A stretch of DNA of 64,000 nucleotides from Macrostomum hystrix (lineage: Eukaryota; Animalia; Platyhelminthes): assembly GCA_950097015.1 (NCBI GenBank), contig CATNEN010000041.1, positions 2,418,001 to 2,482,000 of the forward strand, in the 5' to 3' direction. A program made the translations under genes and the position numbers. This document shows, one piece after another, positions 24,262 through 37,700 of the stretch. Below the pieces are notes generated by a model. It was not told the origin of the DNA. It ran no database searches and saw only the letters and a program-made list of their open reading frames with translations. Each line of letters starts with the position of its first letter. The stretch's first letter is position 1.

Positions 24262-27200
24262 TCAGATGAGGGGCGACTTGTCCACCAGGCTGAGATTCTG
24301 CTGCTGCGCCTTGTCGGCGGCGCGCGCCCTGGCGCAGCGGCGGAGGGCCAGGCCGCCACCGACCGCGGCGACCAGCAGCACCAGCAGCGTCAGGGCGGCG
24401 ACAGAGATGGCGACCACGGCGACTGTGCGCTGGCGGAGTCGCTCAGAGCGCTCGGCTGAAATTCGCGGGTGACGGGAGTTGATTGCGCCTGTGACTGGGG
24501 ACGTGTCCGTGTGCTTTGGGCAATAAAAGTACAAGACGTTCTCCAGTATTCCCCCCAGCAGATCCCTGTTCTGTCTGCCAACTCCATTCGCAGCGTTTTC
24601 GCCACTTGGAATTGGAAAACTTTTGCGCAAAGACATTGGAGGGATCCTGAGAATTTACAAATCCCCTGAGCAAACACTGAACTGTCCTGCCAGGGCCGGC
24701 AGGAAATAAAAAAGCAGTTTCCGCTCCTGTTTATTTGCTTTGCGCCCGCCACCGCCGCTGCAGCTGCTGCCGCGGCACTTTTGAACAGAACAGTTCAGCT
24801 CCAAATCCTGCACGGCCAGATTGTAATTTGCAGAAGTGGGCCACGGGCCCGGCTCGGATTTCAGCCGCTTCCACAAGCGACTCGGAAATCTCCATAAGGG
24901 AGCTTAGCGCTCCCAAATCCATTGTCCCTGGTGAGCTGCGCGCACTCTCTTGCATTTTTCTCTCACCTCGACGCGATATAAGCCGACAGAGGGAGAATTC
25001 GTGCGAATTGAGGCAAATTTATGAGGGATAAAATGCTGGGATGCACATCTAGACATGCACTTTACTGCTGCTGCTGCTGCTGCTGCTAAACTAGGGAATT
25101 CGACATTGTATAAAAAATCCGAATGTTCTTTTAGCTGCCATTCCAAGCTGCGTCACAGGCTCTGCAGCCGGCCAGTGAGGAGGCCGGGTGGAAAGTGCAG
25201 CTCCGTCAGGTCCGCCTCCGAAATGCCACGGCCGCGCGCGTCAAGCGGCAGACGCACTTTCGCAACCATTTCTCCCAGTCCGGCAGATCCCACTATGGGA
25301 TCTGGGGGATCGGGCCGTATTTGTTGTCGAGTATTTGTTGCCCAGGAACGCGGGTAGGAAGTGAAAGTTGATGACGGACAGAGGCTGAAGAGAGGATATC
25401 GGTCCCCGGGCCGCTCCCGCTGAGTTTGACCTTTTTGCGCAGAGGCCTGGCAGGAATTCCACAGCATGGGAGCCCGCTAGCGAGCTTCGGGTGCCGTCAC
25501 TGGAGCCTGCGATCACTGGCAAACAACAGGCCATTATTCCCTGGCCAGCGCCCTCCGAATCCACCGGAAGGAATTCCGCATGCGGGCCATAAAACCTCCC
25601 CACCAGGTTTGGCGCGAACAAGGCCGGGCCCAGTGGCGGCCGGCTCCGCTGCCCAGCCCTGTGGATTTTTGGTTAACTTCCCATTCTGCCGGTAGTGAGC
25701 GCCCCAGCCTACTTAGCAAGTAGAGTGGGACGCGCGGAGAAACCGCAATGCTCTCTGCACGGACAAAACTTGGGAGCCAGAGCAGTTCAGACAATCTAAC
25801 AAGCTACACTGAGCAGTGAGCTCAGAGTCAGCCGCTCACCGCGCAGCATGGTGCACAGGATGGAGTTCTCGTCAATGCTGGTGGAGTTCGAGCCGGCTTT
25901 GCAGTCCTGAATGCCGTCGCAGATCTGGGCGCGGCTGACGCACTGGGATCCCTCGTCACATTTCAAGTGGCAGTCGTGCTCTGCGGGTTAACAGGGCGAG
26001 ATCGGGCAATTTGCGCGCAAGTCGAGGACAAAATATCCCGTCGTACTACAAGATATCCCATCGGAGGACAAAAAATCCCATCAATGAACTTAATATCATC
26101 GGAGGACAAGATATCCCATCGGAGGGCAAGATACTCCATCGGAGGGCAAGATATCCCATCGGAGGACAAGATATCCCATCAGAGGACAAAATATCCCCTC
26201 GGAGAACAATATGTCCCATCGGAGGACATAATATCCCCTCGGAGAACAATATATCCCATTGGAGGAAATGATATTCCTCTGATCAGAGCTGAGACTCGGG
26301 ACTCACCGGAGGCAGCCTCAGACGGTATCCATTTCAGCAGAAGGTGCACTGCCGAGTCTCCGGTGTCGTTGACGGGCAGCACGATGTCCAGGTGGGGCGC
26401 CGGGCCAAGAGCGAACACGCTGGCGAAGGAGTGCGTGGCGGAGCAGAGCGCGCAGGTCATGGAGATGCCGGAGCCGCTGTAGTCGACATCCTGCACCACG
26501 ACCGCCGGGGCGACGTTCGGGCAAAGGGCGACCGAGGCCTCGGGACTGGGCAGCCGGCCTGCGGAGTTCTTGCAGCGGATGTGGTGTCTGCCCATCATTA
26601 GCAGATCGTGGTGCTGGCCTCGGGCGGGAGCCATTCGGTGCATCGGTCCGGTGGTGATGCGGAGGCTTCCTCGCCTGCCGCCGCTGCGACTCGCAACGAA
26701 TCCGGCCAGGACGCCGCGAACGATGACGTGGTCGATGCCGCGGCACCGGCCGGCATGCTCGGCCAGGATCTGGTGCGCGGTCGGCAGGTGAATCTCCTGG
26801 CGTCCGGCGCTTGTCCGCCTGAACCACCGCTGCTCCAGGTGGACGCACAGGGCGCCTGGCTCGCACTGATCGCAGCCTGCGGAGGCGGGGGTTGGGGGTT
26901 GAACGGGTTCGCCCAGCCTTATCTAAAAATAGCCCTCGGTCCCGCGCACTTTGCGTTCTGTTTTCTATTTTGCAACTGCTGCTGCTTTTGTGCGGAAGAA
27001 ACTCTCGGCATGTTTATGGCTTACCTTCCACAATGAACTTTTTAAAGAGGGGACAAGTCACGTTACCCGCTGCCTCGGCGCAACAGCTTAGCTCCTTGGG
27101 ATATTATTGAACCAAAACTTGCGCCTCCACATCCGCATTCGCTGACAGAAGTGCACATGCGCACCCCCTGCTCCCGTTCTTTTGCGGGGAGGAAAGTACA

Positions 27201-27454
27201 GCCGACCTTGATCGCGCAGAGTTTGTTTACTGTCTAGATAAGGGCCGCAGGCTTCGCTCATGACCTCACTTTGAGCTCAGCTGAGAACCGGATCATCATA
27301 ATGCTTTGAGTCCTACTCAATCATCTGCAGCTCAGTCACCCAGCCCAGCCCTGATCTGCGCTGACACAAACTGCTCACCCGGGCCGACAGCCCTGACAAC
27401 TTGGCAGGTGGTCAGCGCCAGCAGGCAGCAGCTCAGGCAGCTGAAGTTCTTCAT
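24262..27454 (-). CDS. Type I membrane protein (326 aa): signal peptide, about 190-aa Cys-containing ectodomain, LDL-receptor class A module, TM helix, short tail; complement join 27379..27454, 26307..26876, 25840..25980, 24262..24455
   Basis: All junctions are GT-AG phase 1 and total 981 nt. Signal peptide MKNFSCLSCCLLALTTCQVVRA; LDLa CHLKCDEGSQCVSRAQICDGIQDC...DE...C; TM VAVVAISVAALTLLVLLVAAVGGGLAL followed by RRCAR. Confidence 0.85.
26025..26280. repeat. 20-bp minisatellite (GGAGGACAAGATATCCCATC) in the LDLa-gene intron
   Basis: About 12 degenerate units. Confidence 0.9.
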
Positions 27455-27715
27455 CACTTGCAGTTTGATGGATCGGCTTGAAGCACGGGAGACCAATTGC
27501 GGTACAGGATGTGGCGCGCAACGCAGAGGATGAAGGCCGAGGCGCAACCGCCGCCGAGCGGTTTTTAAAGTCCAACAGAGCGCCACCCACCCTGCGGCCA
27601 CCCCCTCCTCCGCATTCCCCTCTCTGCCAATTGTAGCAATTGTTTCTCTGCTGACACTCGAGCCACCACCCCAGCCCACAATGCTGCCCGCTGCCCCTGC
27701 ACTGTCAGCCTGGTC

Positions 27716-28196
27716 GCTGAGACAGCCCTGAGACAGCCTTGAGACAGCCCTGAGACAGCCTTGAGACAGCCCTGAGACAGCCCTGAGACAGCCCTGAGAC
27801 AGCCCTGAGACAGCCTTAAGACAGCCCTGAGACAGCCCTGAGACAGCCCTGAGACAGCCTTGAGGCAGTCCTGAGACAGCCCTGAGACAGCCCTGAGACA
27901 GCCCTGAGACAGTCCTGAGACAGCCCTGAGACAGCCCTGAGACAGCCCTGAGACAGCCCTGAGACAGCCCTGAGACAGCCTTAAGACAGCCCTGAGACAG
28001 CCCTGAGACAGCCCTGAGACAGCCCTGAGACAGCCTTGAGACAGCCTTGAGACAGCCCTGAGACAGCCTTGAGACAGCCTTGAGACAGCCCTGAGACAGC
28101 CTTGAGACAGCCTTGAGACAGCCCTGAGACAGCCTTGAGACAGCCTTGAGACAGCCTTGAGACAGCCCTGAGACAGCCCTGAGACAGCCCTGAGAC
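27716..28196. repeat. 11-bp minisatellite (GAGACAGCCCT) between two divergent genes
   Basis: About 43 units. Confidence 0.95.
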
Positions 28197-28751
28197 TGAC
28201 TGACTGTCTGGCCGGTGGTCAGGTACCCAGGCTCACAGCTATAGTTCTAGTGCGGTTGCACTAACAGTGGCATTTGTTGCGCCCTGTCGCGCACCACTGT
28301 ATCTCAGCTGTATAGCAGGCAAGCAAGGCTTAGACCATTAACTGTCAGTTTGTCTTTGACAAGTGGCGATGAGCGTGGGCGCGACTGAACGGGCTGCTTT
28401 GAGCGCGCATGTTCTGACATAGCAACTAAAATCCCCGGCTTCTGCACTCTGCTCTGCTTAGGTGGGGCAAGTTTTTCAGTTGTGAAAATTATAAAGGCAA
28501 ATTTACGACCACCCTTTCAGCATTGGAAAATCGGCTTCACTCTTCATGCAAGTTTCAAAGCCTTCGCGGCCTCTGGATCGATAAATTTATGGCCTTCTTT
28601 GAGAGCTGCGGTGCCTTGTAAAACCCTCGGGGCTGCTACCTGGGGGTCAGTCGGTGAGGTGGGGGCATCTGGTGCTGAGCTGTGCCGTTAAAATCCCTGA
28701 GCACAGACGAGATTTTGGAGGAAGCGAATTCAAAATTTTTTTTAGGCAGAA

Positions 28752-31700
28752 ATGCTCAGCTCAGATGATTGTGCCGGGCCCGAGGTCAGACAATGTCAAC
28801 CGGGCAATGAAGAGCATCAAACAGGCGCTGCTCGGCCAGGTATAGAAAAAGAGCCCGCTGCACTTGAATGCGCACTACGTGCTGGGGGTGGCACAGAAGG
28901 CAAACACAATGCACCCTTGCACAATGAGCTGAGAACTGACGGACTGACAGGCAACAAGCTCGGTAATGCCAGAGTGACTGACTCAAAAGCGAAGACAATC
29001 GGAGTGACAGACGCGAAACAGAAGTCAGCAGCAGGAGTGACAGACTCGAAACAGAAGTCAGCAGGAGTGACAGACTCGAAACAGAAGTCAGCAGGAGTGA
29101 CAGACTCGAAACAGAAGTCAGCAGGAGTGAAAGACGCAAAACAGAAGTCAGCAGCAGGAGTGACAGACGCGAAACAGAAGTCAGCAGCAGGAGTGACAGA
29201 CGCGAAACAGAAGTCAGCAGCAGGAGTGACAGACACGAAACATAAGTCAGCAGCAGGAGTGACAGACGCGAAACAAAAGTCAGCAGGAGTGACAGACGCG
29301 AAACAAAAGTCGGCAGGAGTGAGAGACGCGAAACAAAAGTCAGCAGGAGTGACAGACTCGAAACATAAGTCAGCAGGAGTGACAGACTCAAAACATAAGT
29401 CAGCAGGAGTGACAGACTCGAAACAGAAGTCAGCAGGAGTGAAAGACGCAAAACAGAAGTCAGCAGCAGGAGTGACAGACGCGAAACAGAAGTCAGCAGC
29501 AGGAGTGACAGACGCGAAACAGAAGTCAGCAGCAGGAGTGACAGACACGAAACATAAGTCAGCAGCAGGAGTGACAGACGCGAAACAAAAGTCAGCAGGA
29601 GTGACAGACGCGAAACAAAAGTCGGCAGGAGTGAGAGACGCGAAACAAAAGTCAGCAGGAGTGACAGACTCGAAACATAAGTCAGCAGGAGTGACAGACT
29701 CAAAACAAAAGTCAGCAGGAGTGACAGACGCGAAACAAAAGTCAGCAGGAGTGACAGACGCGAAAAAAAATTCAGCAGGAGTGACAGACGCGAAACAAAA
29801 GTCAGCAGGAGTGAAAGACGCGAAACAAAAGTCAGCAGGAGTGACAGACTCGAAGCAGAAGTCAGCTGGAGTGACAGACTCGAAGCAGAAGTCAGCTGGA
29901 GTGACAGACTCGAAGCAGAAGTCAGCTGGAGTGACAGACTCGAAGCAGAAGTCAGCTGGAGTGACAGATGCCAAGAAGAAGGCTATCGGAGTGACAAGCA
30001 GCAAGAGCACAATCGATACCCCTGCTCGGCGAGCTTCCTCAGCGGTGACTCGGCCAGCGTGTCTTGACGGTGTCGGCGGTCGGCGCAGGTTCGCCGGCTC
30101 CGATGGGCAGCTGGCCGCGACCACTGCGGCTGGCATGGGCGCGAGAGGCCGCACGTTGAGCGGCAGCCAGGGCTCGAACTCTGGCCGAGGACCGGCTAAA
30201 ACTGTCCCCGTCAGCAAAGACCTTTCTAAGATTACAAATGCAGCCAGGACAGCGGGCAAGACTTCGGCTGACATTGCAAGTACCGGCAAGGCTGTTGCAC
30301 CGAAAAGTGCAGACACCGGCAAGGCTGTTGCACCGAAAAGTGTTGACACAAGAAAGGTTCTCGCTCAGAAACCTACTATTAAGGGTGCTGCTGCAAGCGG
30401 TTCAACTTCTGAAGACGCTGAGGCGGCGAGTGCCGGAGCTGGTTCGGCCAGAGCCGCCGGCAGTCGGGTGTCTGGCGGCGGCCAAGTCAAGACGAGGCGA
30501 GGAGGCAGCGACGGAGGTGGCGGAGGCGGCGGAGGTGGCGGAGGCGGCGGAGGTGTCGGAGGTGGCAACAGCGGCAAAGTCGGGGCCGCACGCGAGGCAA
30601 AGATGTCAGGTGAGCTGCTGGAGGTGTCGAGGGCCGAATGGGAATTAACGGGGGCGGGATTGCCACAGATGAGGAAAAGGGTTCGATTTCAGGTCGGAGT
30701 TAACGCCCAGATTTGTCGCCGCTCGGTTTTCAGCCGAGGACTGTGACAAAAATCCCAGACTGGATCGGGGCGGGGCAAATCTGCCCTAAATCTCGCCGCA
30801 GATTCAGTGTGGGTGGATCTGGCTGGTTGCAGCTGTAATCCTCATTATTTAAAAAACGCCATTAAGAGCCGTTACGATTTCTGCAGCAGCCCGCACTCCG
30901 AGGGACAGATCTATTTCTGGCATGTCTGATGTCTTCAATGCATCGTTTTTCAGCTATCAGCGTTTTATTTTTACTTATTCCTCCCCCCTCGTGCGTCAGC
31001 CAAGGCGCTGCCCAGCTGAGCAGACACCACCCGGTCTGCTCAATGTTTTCCGGTTGCTAAGGCCCGGTTCGTAATGCTGATCGTTGCTTTTTAATGCAAT
31101 TAATCTGCTTTTAAAAGCATGACAATGTCTGCTGGAGACCAGCATCGCCCGCGCTGCCAGCAGACCTTTTTCCTGGGTTTCTAAAAATAGACCACTTTTG
31201 CTGTTGCTTGTTTGCTAAATGACTGATTTTTTTCAAATGACAGTCTTTTAGGCCTCTGTACCGCCCAGCTTTTCCCCACACTCAGTTTATCAATCCTCGT
31301 TCAGTTTATCGATCTGCTTATATTATATTTTCTTTTCCACGAGTACTTGCTCAAAAGTTCTTTCTGTACTTTTCCCAGTTTTCAGTCTGTTCCTTAAACT
31401 GTTTCCAGTCAGTTTATTATCTGATATTTTCAGTTTACTCACCTGTTTCCAGTCAGTTTATTATCTGATATTTTCAGTTTACTCACCTGTTTCCAGTCAG
31501 TTTATTATCTGATATTTTCAGTTTACTCACCTGTTTCCAGTCAGTTTATTATCTGATATTTTCAGTTTACTCACCTGCATGTTTCACCCACCTGTCCACA
31601 GAGCCGCGGGTCGGCACTGAGGCAGCGGACTCGGCATACAGCAGGGTGAGTTGTCTCAGCCGCAGGTTCCAAGTCTCTCTGGTTTAGGAAGTATGTTTGC

Positions 31701-34700
31701 TCAAAAAAAATCTGCGCAGACCACAGGCATCCATCGGGGCAGACAGCAGGCTGTGCAGAAAGTAAACACTTCAGCAGCGGCAGCAGCAATAAGGACCGCC
31801 AGTTGCTCTGCTCTCTCGCTTCTCTAATATCAGTGTTCCCAGAATGCAGCAGTATTCCAGTAGGGGTCAATTCTTCGGTCTGCAACGCCGCGCCACGCAC
31901 TTTCAGGGGCCCGGCGAGGCTGGTGGAGCAGCGGCGGCAGCGGCGGCAGCTGCAGCTGACGGAGGTAAGTTCAAGCATGACTGTCTGGAGAAAAAATGTC
32001 TCTAACTGTTTCTGTTGGCTGCTTTCGGCTTGGTCCGGGTGCATTCTGTAGCGGACTGAAACGTCTGCGACATCTGCGGCTGCCGCAGCCCGCAGCTCCC
32101 GCGGGACCCTTCAATATGTGGCTGCTCTGGCAAACTTTTCGCTCCGAACTTTTCTCTGATTGACCTTCAGATGTGCCCTTCAAATTGAGTCACGTGACTC
32201 ACATCGCAGCCTCACAAGTTTTCTAAACTCCAGCGACTGGCAGGAGGTCTGAAGCCTGACTGACCTGCAGGCAGAAGTGCGAGAAGTTGTGCTTTCCAAG
32301 AATTTTTCACAAAAGTACAACATCCGGGAATTCCCCTTCCATGTTACTCAAACTATACTTGCCCGCTGGGGTGGCGTTGGGCCGTGCAGAGAGGTAAAAA
32401 GTAAACAATGAGGCGGCAGACTGATTGACAGGCGCTGCTGCCCCCGCTGGCCCGGCCCAGTGCAATCCGGGCAGGAGCGGCGCCGCACTCCAGCCTGTAT
32501 TGCTGCGGATCAGCAGACCTCAGCGCCTTCGCAGCAGGCTCAAGGTCGCTCGTTGGACAGCGGGGTGGCCTGTTCTCCCGTCCTACCAGCTAAAGCACCG
32601 TCCCTAGCCATTGTTGCAAGCATAGATACTAAAAACAACACGCAGCGCGCACTACTGACTTGGCGGCTTGAGTAGTCTAGTGCGCACTACTGACTCGGCG
32701 GCTTGAGTAGTCTAGTGCGCACTACTGACTCGGCGGCTTGAGTAGTCTAGTGCGCACTACTGACTCGGCGGCTTGAGTAGTCTAGTGCGCACTACTGACT
32801 CGGCGGCTTGAGTAGTCTAGTGCGCACTACTGACTCGGCGGCTTGAGTAGTCTAGTGCGCACTACTGACTCGGCGGCTTGAGTAGTCTAGTGCGCACTAC
32901 TGACTCGGCGGCTTGAGTAGTCTAGTGCGCACATTCCAGTCGCAAGTTAGATTTCGGAGAATCTCAGGCCACATCACAAGATTCTCTGCTTTCTGCTTAT
33001 TGCAAACAGCTTAGGCTCCACAGCGGACTGAGAATGCAGCAGAAAGGCAGAAAATGGGCCAACAATTAACTGGCTGAGAGCGAGTATAATGCTAAGCACA
33101 GCTCACCTGCAGCAGCTCACTGAGGACTGCTCAGACAGCCCACCCCAACCAGAGCGTTGAGCTGTGAGTACTTGCCAGAGAAAAGCAGGGCTGCAGAGGC
33201 TGCTGAGCTGTTGCCAGGCTGAGCCCAGCCGTTGCCAACGTCTCTAACCAGCCTCTCTCGCCTCACTAGCTGAGCAGCCTGGCGGTAGAATGAGCAACAA
33301 GAGGCTTCGCTGTCCAAATAAGACACTCGGCGTCCTGAGAAAGCTAAAGGCCGAGAGCTCAAATCTTTATCGTCTGCTTGTCGGCAAAGATAATTCTTCT
33401 GTTCATTATCATTCTTGTTCATTGAGTGTTCATCGTCTTGTAGTAGTTGATAATTGTGTCCAGCTGGAGTGCGCGGCCAATCAGATTCGATTTGAGACTC
33501 GCAGAGAATGGCGCGGCCAGATACAAAAGGCGGCGAGCAGCGCTCGAAAGCGTTGAGCAGACTCAGAGAGGAGGAGAGGCGCCGCCAGCGAGAATTCCGC
33601 AGCTTCGACGAATTCGGGCGCACCATCCCGGAGATTATGCAGGACGAGGACACGCCGCGGCAGCGAATGCGGATCGGCCTGCCAGCTGACTGTGAGACCC
33701 GCGCTGCCTCCGAATTCCCGACTGGCACCGAATTCGTGCTGACCGAATTCCCGACTGGCACTGAATTGACTAGCACTGAATTCCCAACTAGCACTGAATT
33801 CCCAACTAGCAGTGAATTCCCAACTAGCAGTGAATTCCCAACTAGCACTGAATTCCCAACTAGCAGTGAATTCCCAACTAGCACTGAATTCCCAACTAGC
33901 ACTGAATTCCCAACTAGCACTGAATTCCCAACTAGCACTGAATTCCCAACTAGCAGTGAATTCCCGACTAGCACTGAATTCCCAACTAGCACTGAATTCC
34001 CAACTAGCAGTAAATTCCCGACTAGCACTGAATTCCCAACTAGCACTGAATTCCCGACTAGCACTGAATTCCCAACTAGCACTGAATTCCCGACTAGCAC
34101 TGAATTCCCAACTAGCACTGAATTCCCAACTAGCAGTAAATTCCCGACTAGCACTGAATTCCCAACTAGCACTGAATTCCCGACTAGCACTGAATTCCCG
34201 ACTAGCACTGAATTCCCGACTAGCACTGAATTCCCGACTAGCACTGAATTCCCAACTAGCACTGAATTCCCGACTAGCACTGAATTCCCGACTAGCACTG
34301 AATTCCCGACTAGCACTGAATTCCCGACTAGCACTGAATTCCCAACTAGCACTGAATTCCCAACTAGCACTGAATTCCCAACTAGCAGTGAATTCCCAAC
34401 TAGCACTGAATTCCCAACTAGCACTGAATTCCCAACTAGCACTGAATTCCCAACTAGCACTGAATTCCCAACTAGCAGTGAATTCCCGACTAGCACTGAA
34501 TTCCCAACTAGCAGTGAATTCCCAACTAGCACTGAATTCCCAACTAGCACTGAATTCCCAACTAGCACTGAATTCCCAACTAGCACTGAATTCCCAACTA
34601 GCACTGAATTCCCAACTAGCAGTGAATTCCCAACTAGCAGTGAATTCCTAACTAGCACTGAATTCCCAACTAGCACTGAATTCCCAACTAGCACTGAATT

Positions 34701-37700
34701 CCCAACTAGCACTGAATTCCCAACTAGCAGTGAATTCCCGACTAGCACTGAATTCCCAACTAGCAGTGAATTCCCAACTAGCACTGAATTCCCAACTAGC
34801 ACTGAATTCCCAACTAGCAGTGAATTCCCAACTAGCACTGAATTCCCAACTAGCACTGAATTCCCAACTAGCACTGAATTCCCAACTAGCACTGAATTCC
34901 CAGCTAGCACTGAATTCCCAACTAGCACTGAATTCCCAACTAGCACTGAATTCCCAACTAGCACTGAATTCCCAACTAGCACTGAATTCCCAGCTAGCAC
35001 TGAATTCCCAACTAGCACTGAATTCCCAACTAGCACTGAATTCCCAACTAGCACTGAATTCCCGACTAGCACTGAATTCCCAACTAGCAGTGAATTCCCA
35101 ACTAGCAGTGAATTCCCAACTAGCAGTGAATTCCCAACTAGCACTGAATTCCCAACTAGCACTGAATTCCCAACTAGCACTGAATTCCCAACTAGCACTG
35201 AATTCCCAACTAGCAGTGAATTCCCGACTAGCACTGAATTCCCAACTAGCAGTGAATTCCCAACTAGCACTGAATTCCCAACTAGCACTGAATTCCCGAC
35301 TAGCACTGAATTCCCAACTAGCACTGAATTCCCAACTAGCAGTGAATTCCCGACTAGCACTGAATTCCCAACTAGCAGTGAATTCCCAACTAGCACTGAA
35401 TTCCCAACTAGCACTGAATTCCCAACTAGCACTGAATTCCCAACTAGCACTGAATTCCCAACTAGCACTGAATTCCCAGCTAGCACTGAATTCCCAACTA
35501 GCACTGAATTCCCAACTAGCACTGAATTCCCAACTAGCACTGAATTCCCAACTAGCAGTGAATTCCCGACTAGCACTGAATTCCCAACTAGCAGTGAATT
35601 CCCAACTAGCACTGAATTCCCAACTAGCACTGAATTCCCAACTAGCAGTGAATTCCCAACTAGCACTGAATTCCCAACTAGCACTGAATTCCCAACTAGC
35701 ACTGAATTCCCAACTAGCACTGAATTCCCGACTAGCACTGAATTCCCAACTAGCACTGAATTCCCAACTAGCACTGAATTCCCAACTAGCACTGAATTCC
35801 CAACTAGCACTGAATTCGAACTGAATTTTCTGCATTTTCCGATTTCATATTTTCGGAATTTTGAGCACTAGACCAAACGCATCTTCGAAACTCCGTAACT
35901 GTTTCGAAGTTCAAAATTTCTTTTCATTTTCGAATTCCTTCTACTCCGAATTTTCCATCATTCCTTCATATCATTCATCCTGAAATTTCTGATCAACCCG
36001 AATTTGGCGAATGGAGTTTTCGGTTCTGTCACAGAGTTCTTCGTGACCAAGAAAAGCCTTCCAAAGACATTTTAAACAGACGCTGAGCTGTCCAGCCCCG
36101 GCTGTTGCCATTGAAGTGAGCAGGCTGCCAGTCGCCATTGTTGCCAACCCGCAGGGGTCAGCCCGAGGGCCGAGGAGATCCAGCCGAAGGTGGACGACTT
36201 CAACCCCGACTACCGGCCCGGGGGCGGCGATGTGAGCACATTTGTTACTTTGTTTCAGAACAGTAGAATTTCGGAACAGTGGAATTTCGGAACAGTGGAA
36301 TTTCGGAACAGTAGAATTTCGGTGCAGTGGAATTTCGGAACAGTGGAATTTCGGAACAGTGGAATTTCGGAACAGTGGAATTTTGGAACAATAGAATTTC
36401 GGAACAGTGGAATTTCGGAACAGTGGAATTTCGGAACAGTGGAATTTTGGAACAAGGGAATTTCGGAACAGTGGAATTTCGGAACAGTGGAATTTCGGAA
36501 CAAGGGAATTTCGGAACAGTGGAATTTCGGAACAGTGGAATTTCGGAACAAGGGAATTTCGGAACAGTGGAATTTCGGAACAGTGGAATTTCGGAACAAG
36601 GGAATTTCGGAACAGTGGAATTTCGGAGCAGAGGAATTTCGGAACAATGGAATTTCGGAACAGTAAAATTTCGGAACAATGGAATTTCGGAACAGTAAAA
36701 TTTCGGAACAGTGGAATCTCGGAACAGTGGAATTTCGGAAAAGTGGAATTTCGGAACAGTGGAATTTCGGAACAGTGGAATTTCGGAACAGTGGAATTTC
36801 GGAGCCGAGGAATTTCGGAACAGTGGAATTTCGGAACAGTGGAATTTTGGAACAGTAGAATTTCGGAACAGTGGAATTTCGGGACAGTGGAATTTCGGAA
36901 CAAGGGAATTTCGGAACAGTGGAATTTCGGAGCAGAGGAATTTCGGAACAATGGAATTTCGGAACAGTAAAATTTCGGAACAATGGAATTTCGGAACAGT
37001 AAAATTTCGGAACAATGGAATTTCGGAACAGTAAAATTTCGGAACAGTGGAATTTTGGAACAAGGGAATTTCGGAACAGTGGAATTTCGGAACAGTGGAA
37101 TTTCGGAACAAGGGAATTTCGGAACAGTGGAATTTCGGAACAGTGGAATTTCGGAACAAGGGAATTTCGGAACAGTGGAATTTCGGAACAGTGGAATTTC
37201 GGAACAAGGGAATTTCGGAACAGTGGAATTTCGGAGCAGAGGAATTTCGGAACAATGGAATTTCGGAACAGTAAAATTTCGGAACAATGGAATTTCGGAA
37301 CAGTAGAATTTCGGAACAGTAGAATTTCGGAACAGTAGAATTTCGGAGGAGTGAAATTTCGGAACAATGGAATTTCGGAACAGTGGAATTTCGGAACAAT
37401 GGAATTTCGGAACAGTGGAATTTCGGAACAATGGAATTTCGGAACAGTGGAATTTCGGAACAATGGAATTTCGGAACAGTGGAATTTCGGAACAGTGGAA
37501 TTTTGGAACAAGGGAATTTCGGAACAGTGGAATTTCGGAGCAGAGGAATTTCGGAACAATGGAATTTCGGAACAGTAAAATTTCGGAACAGTGGAATTTC
37601 GGAACAGTGGAATTTTGGAACAAGGGAATTTCGGAACAGTGGAATTTCGGAGCAGAGGAATTTCGGAACAATGGAATTTCGGAACAGTAAAATTTCGGAA

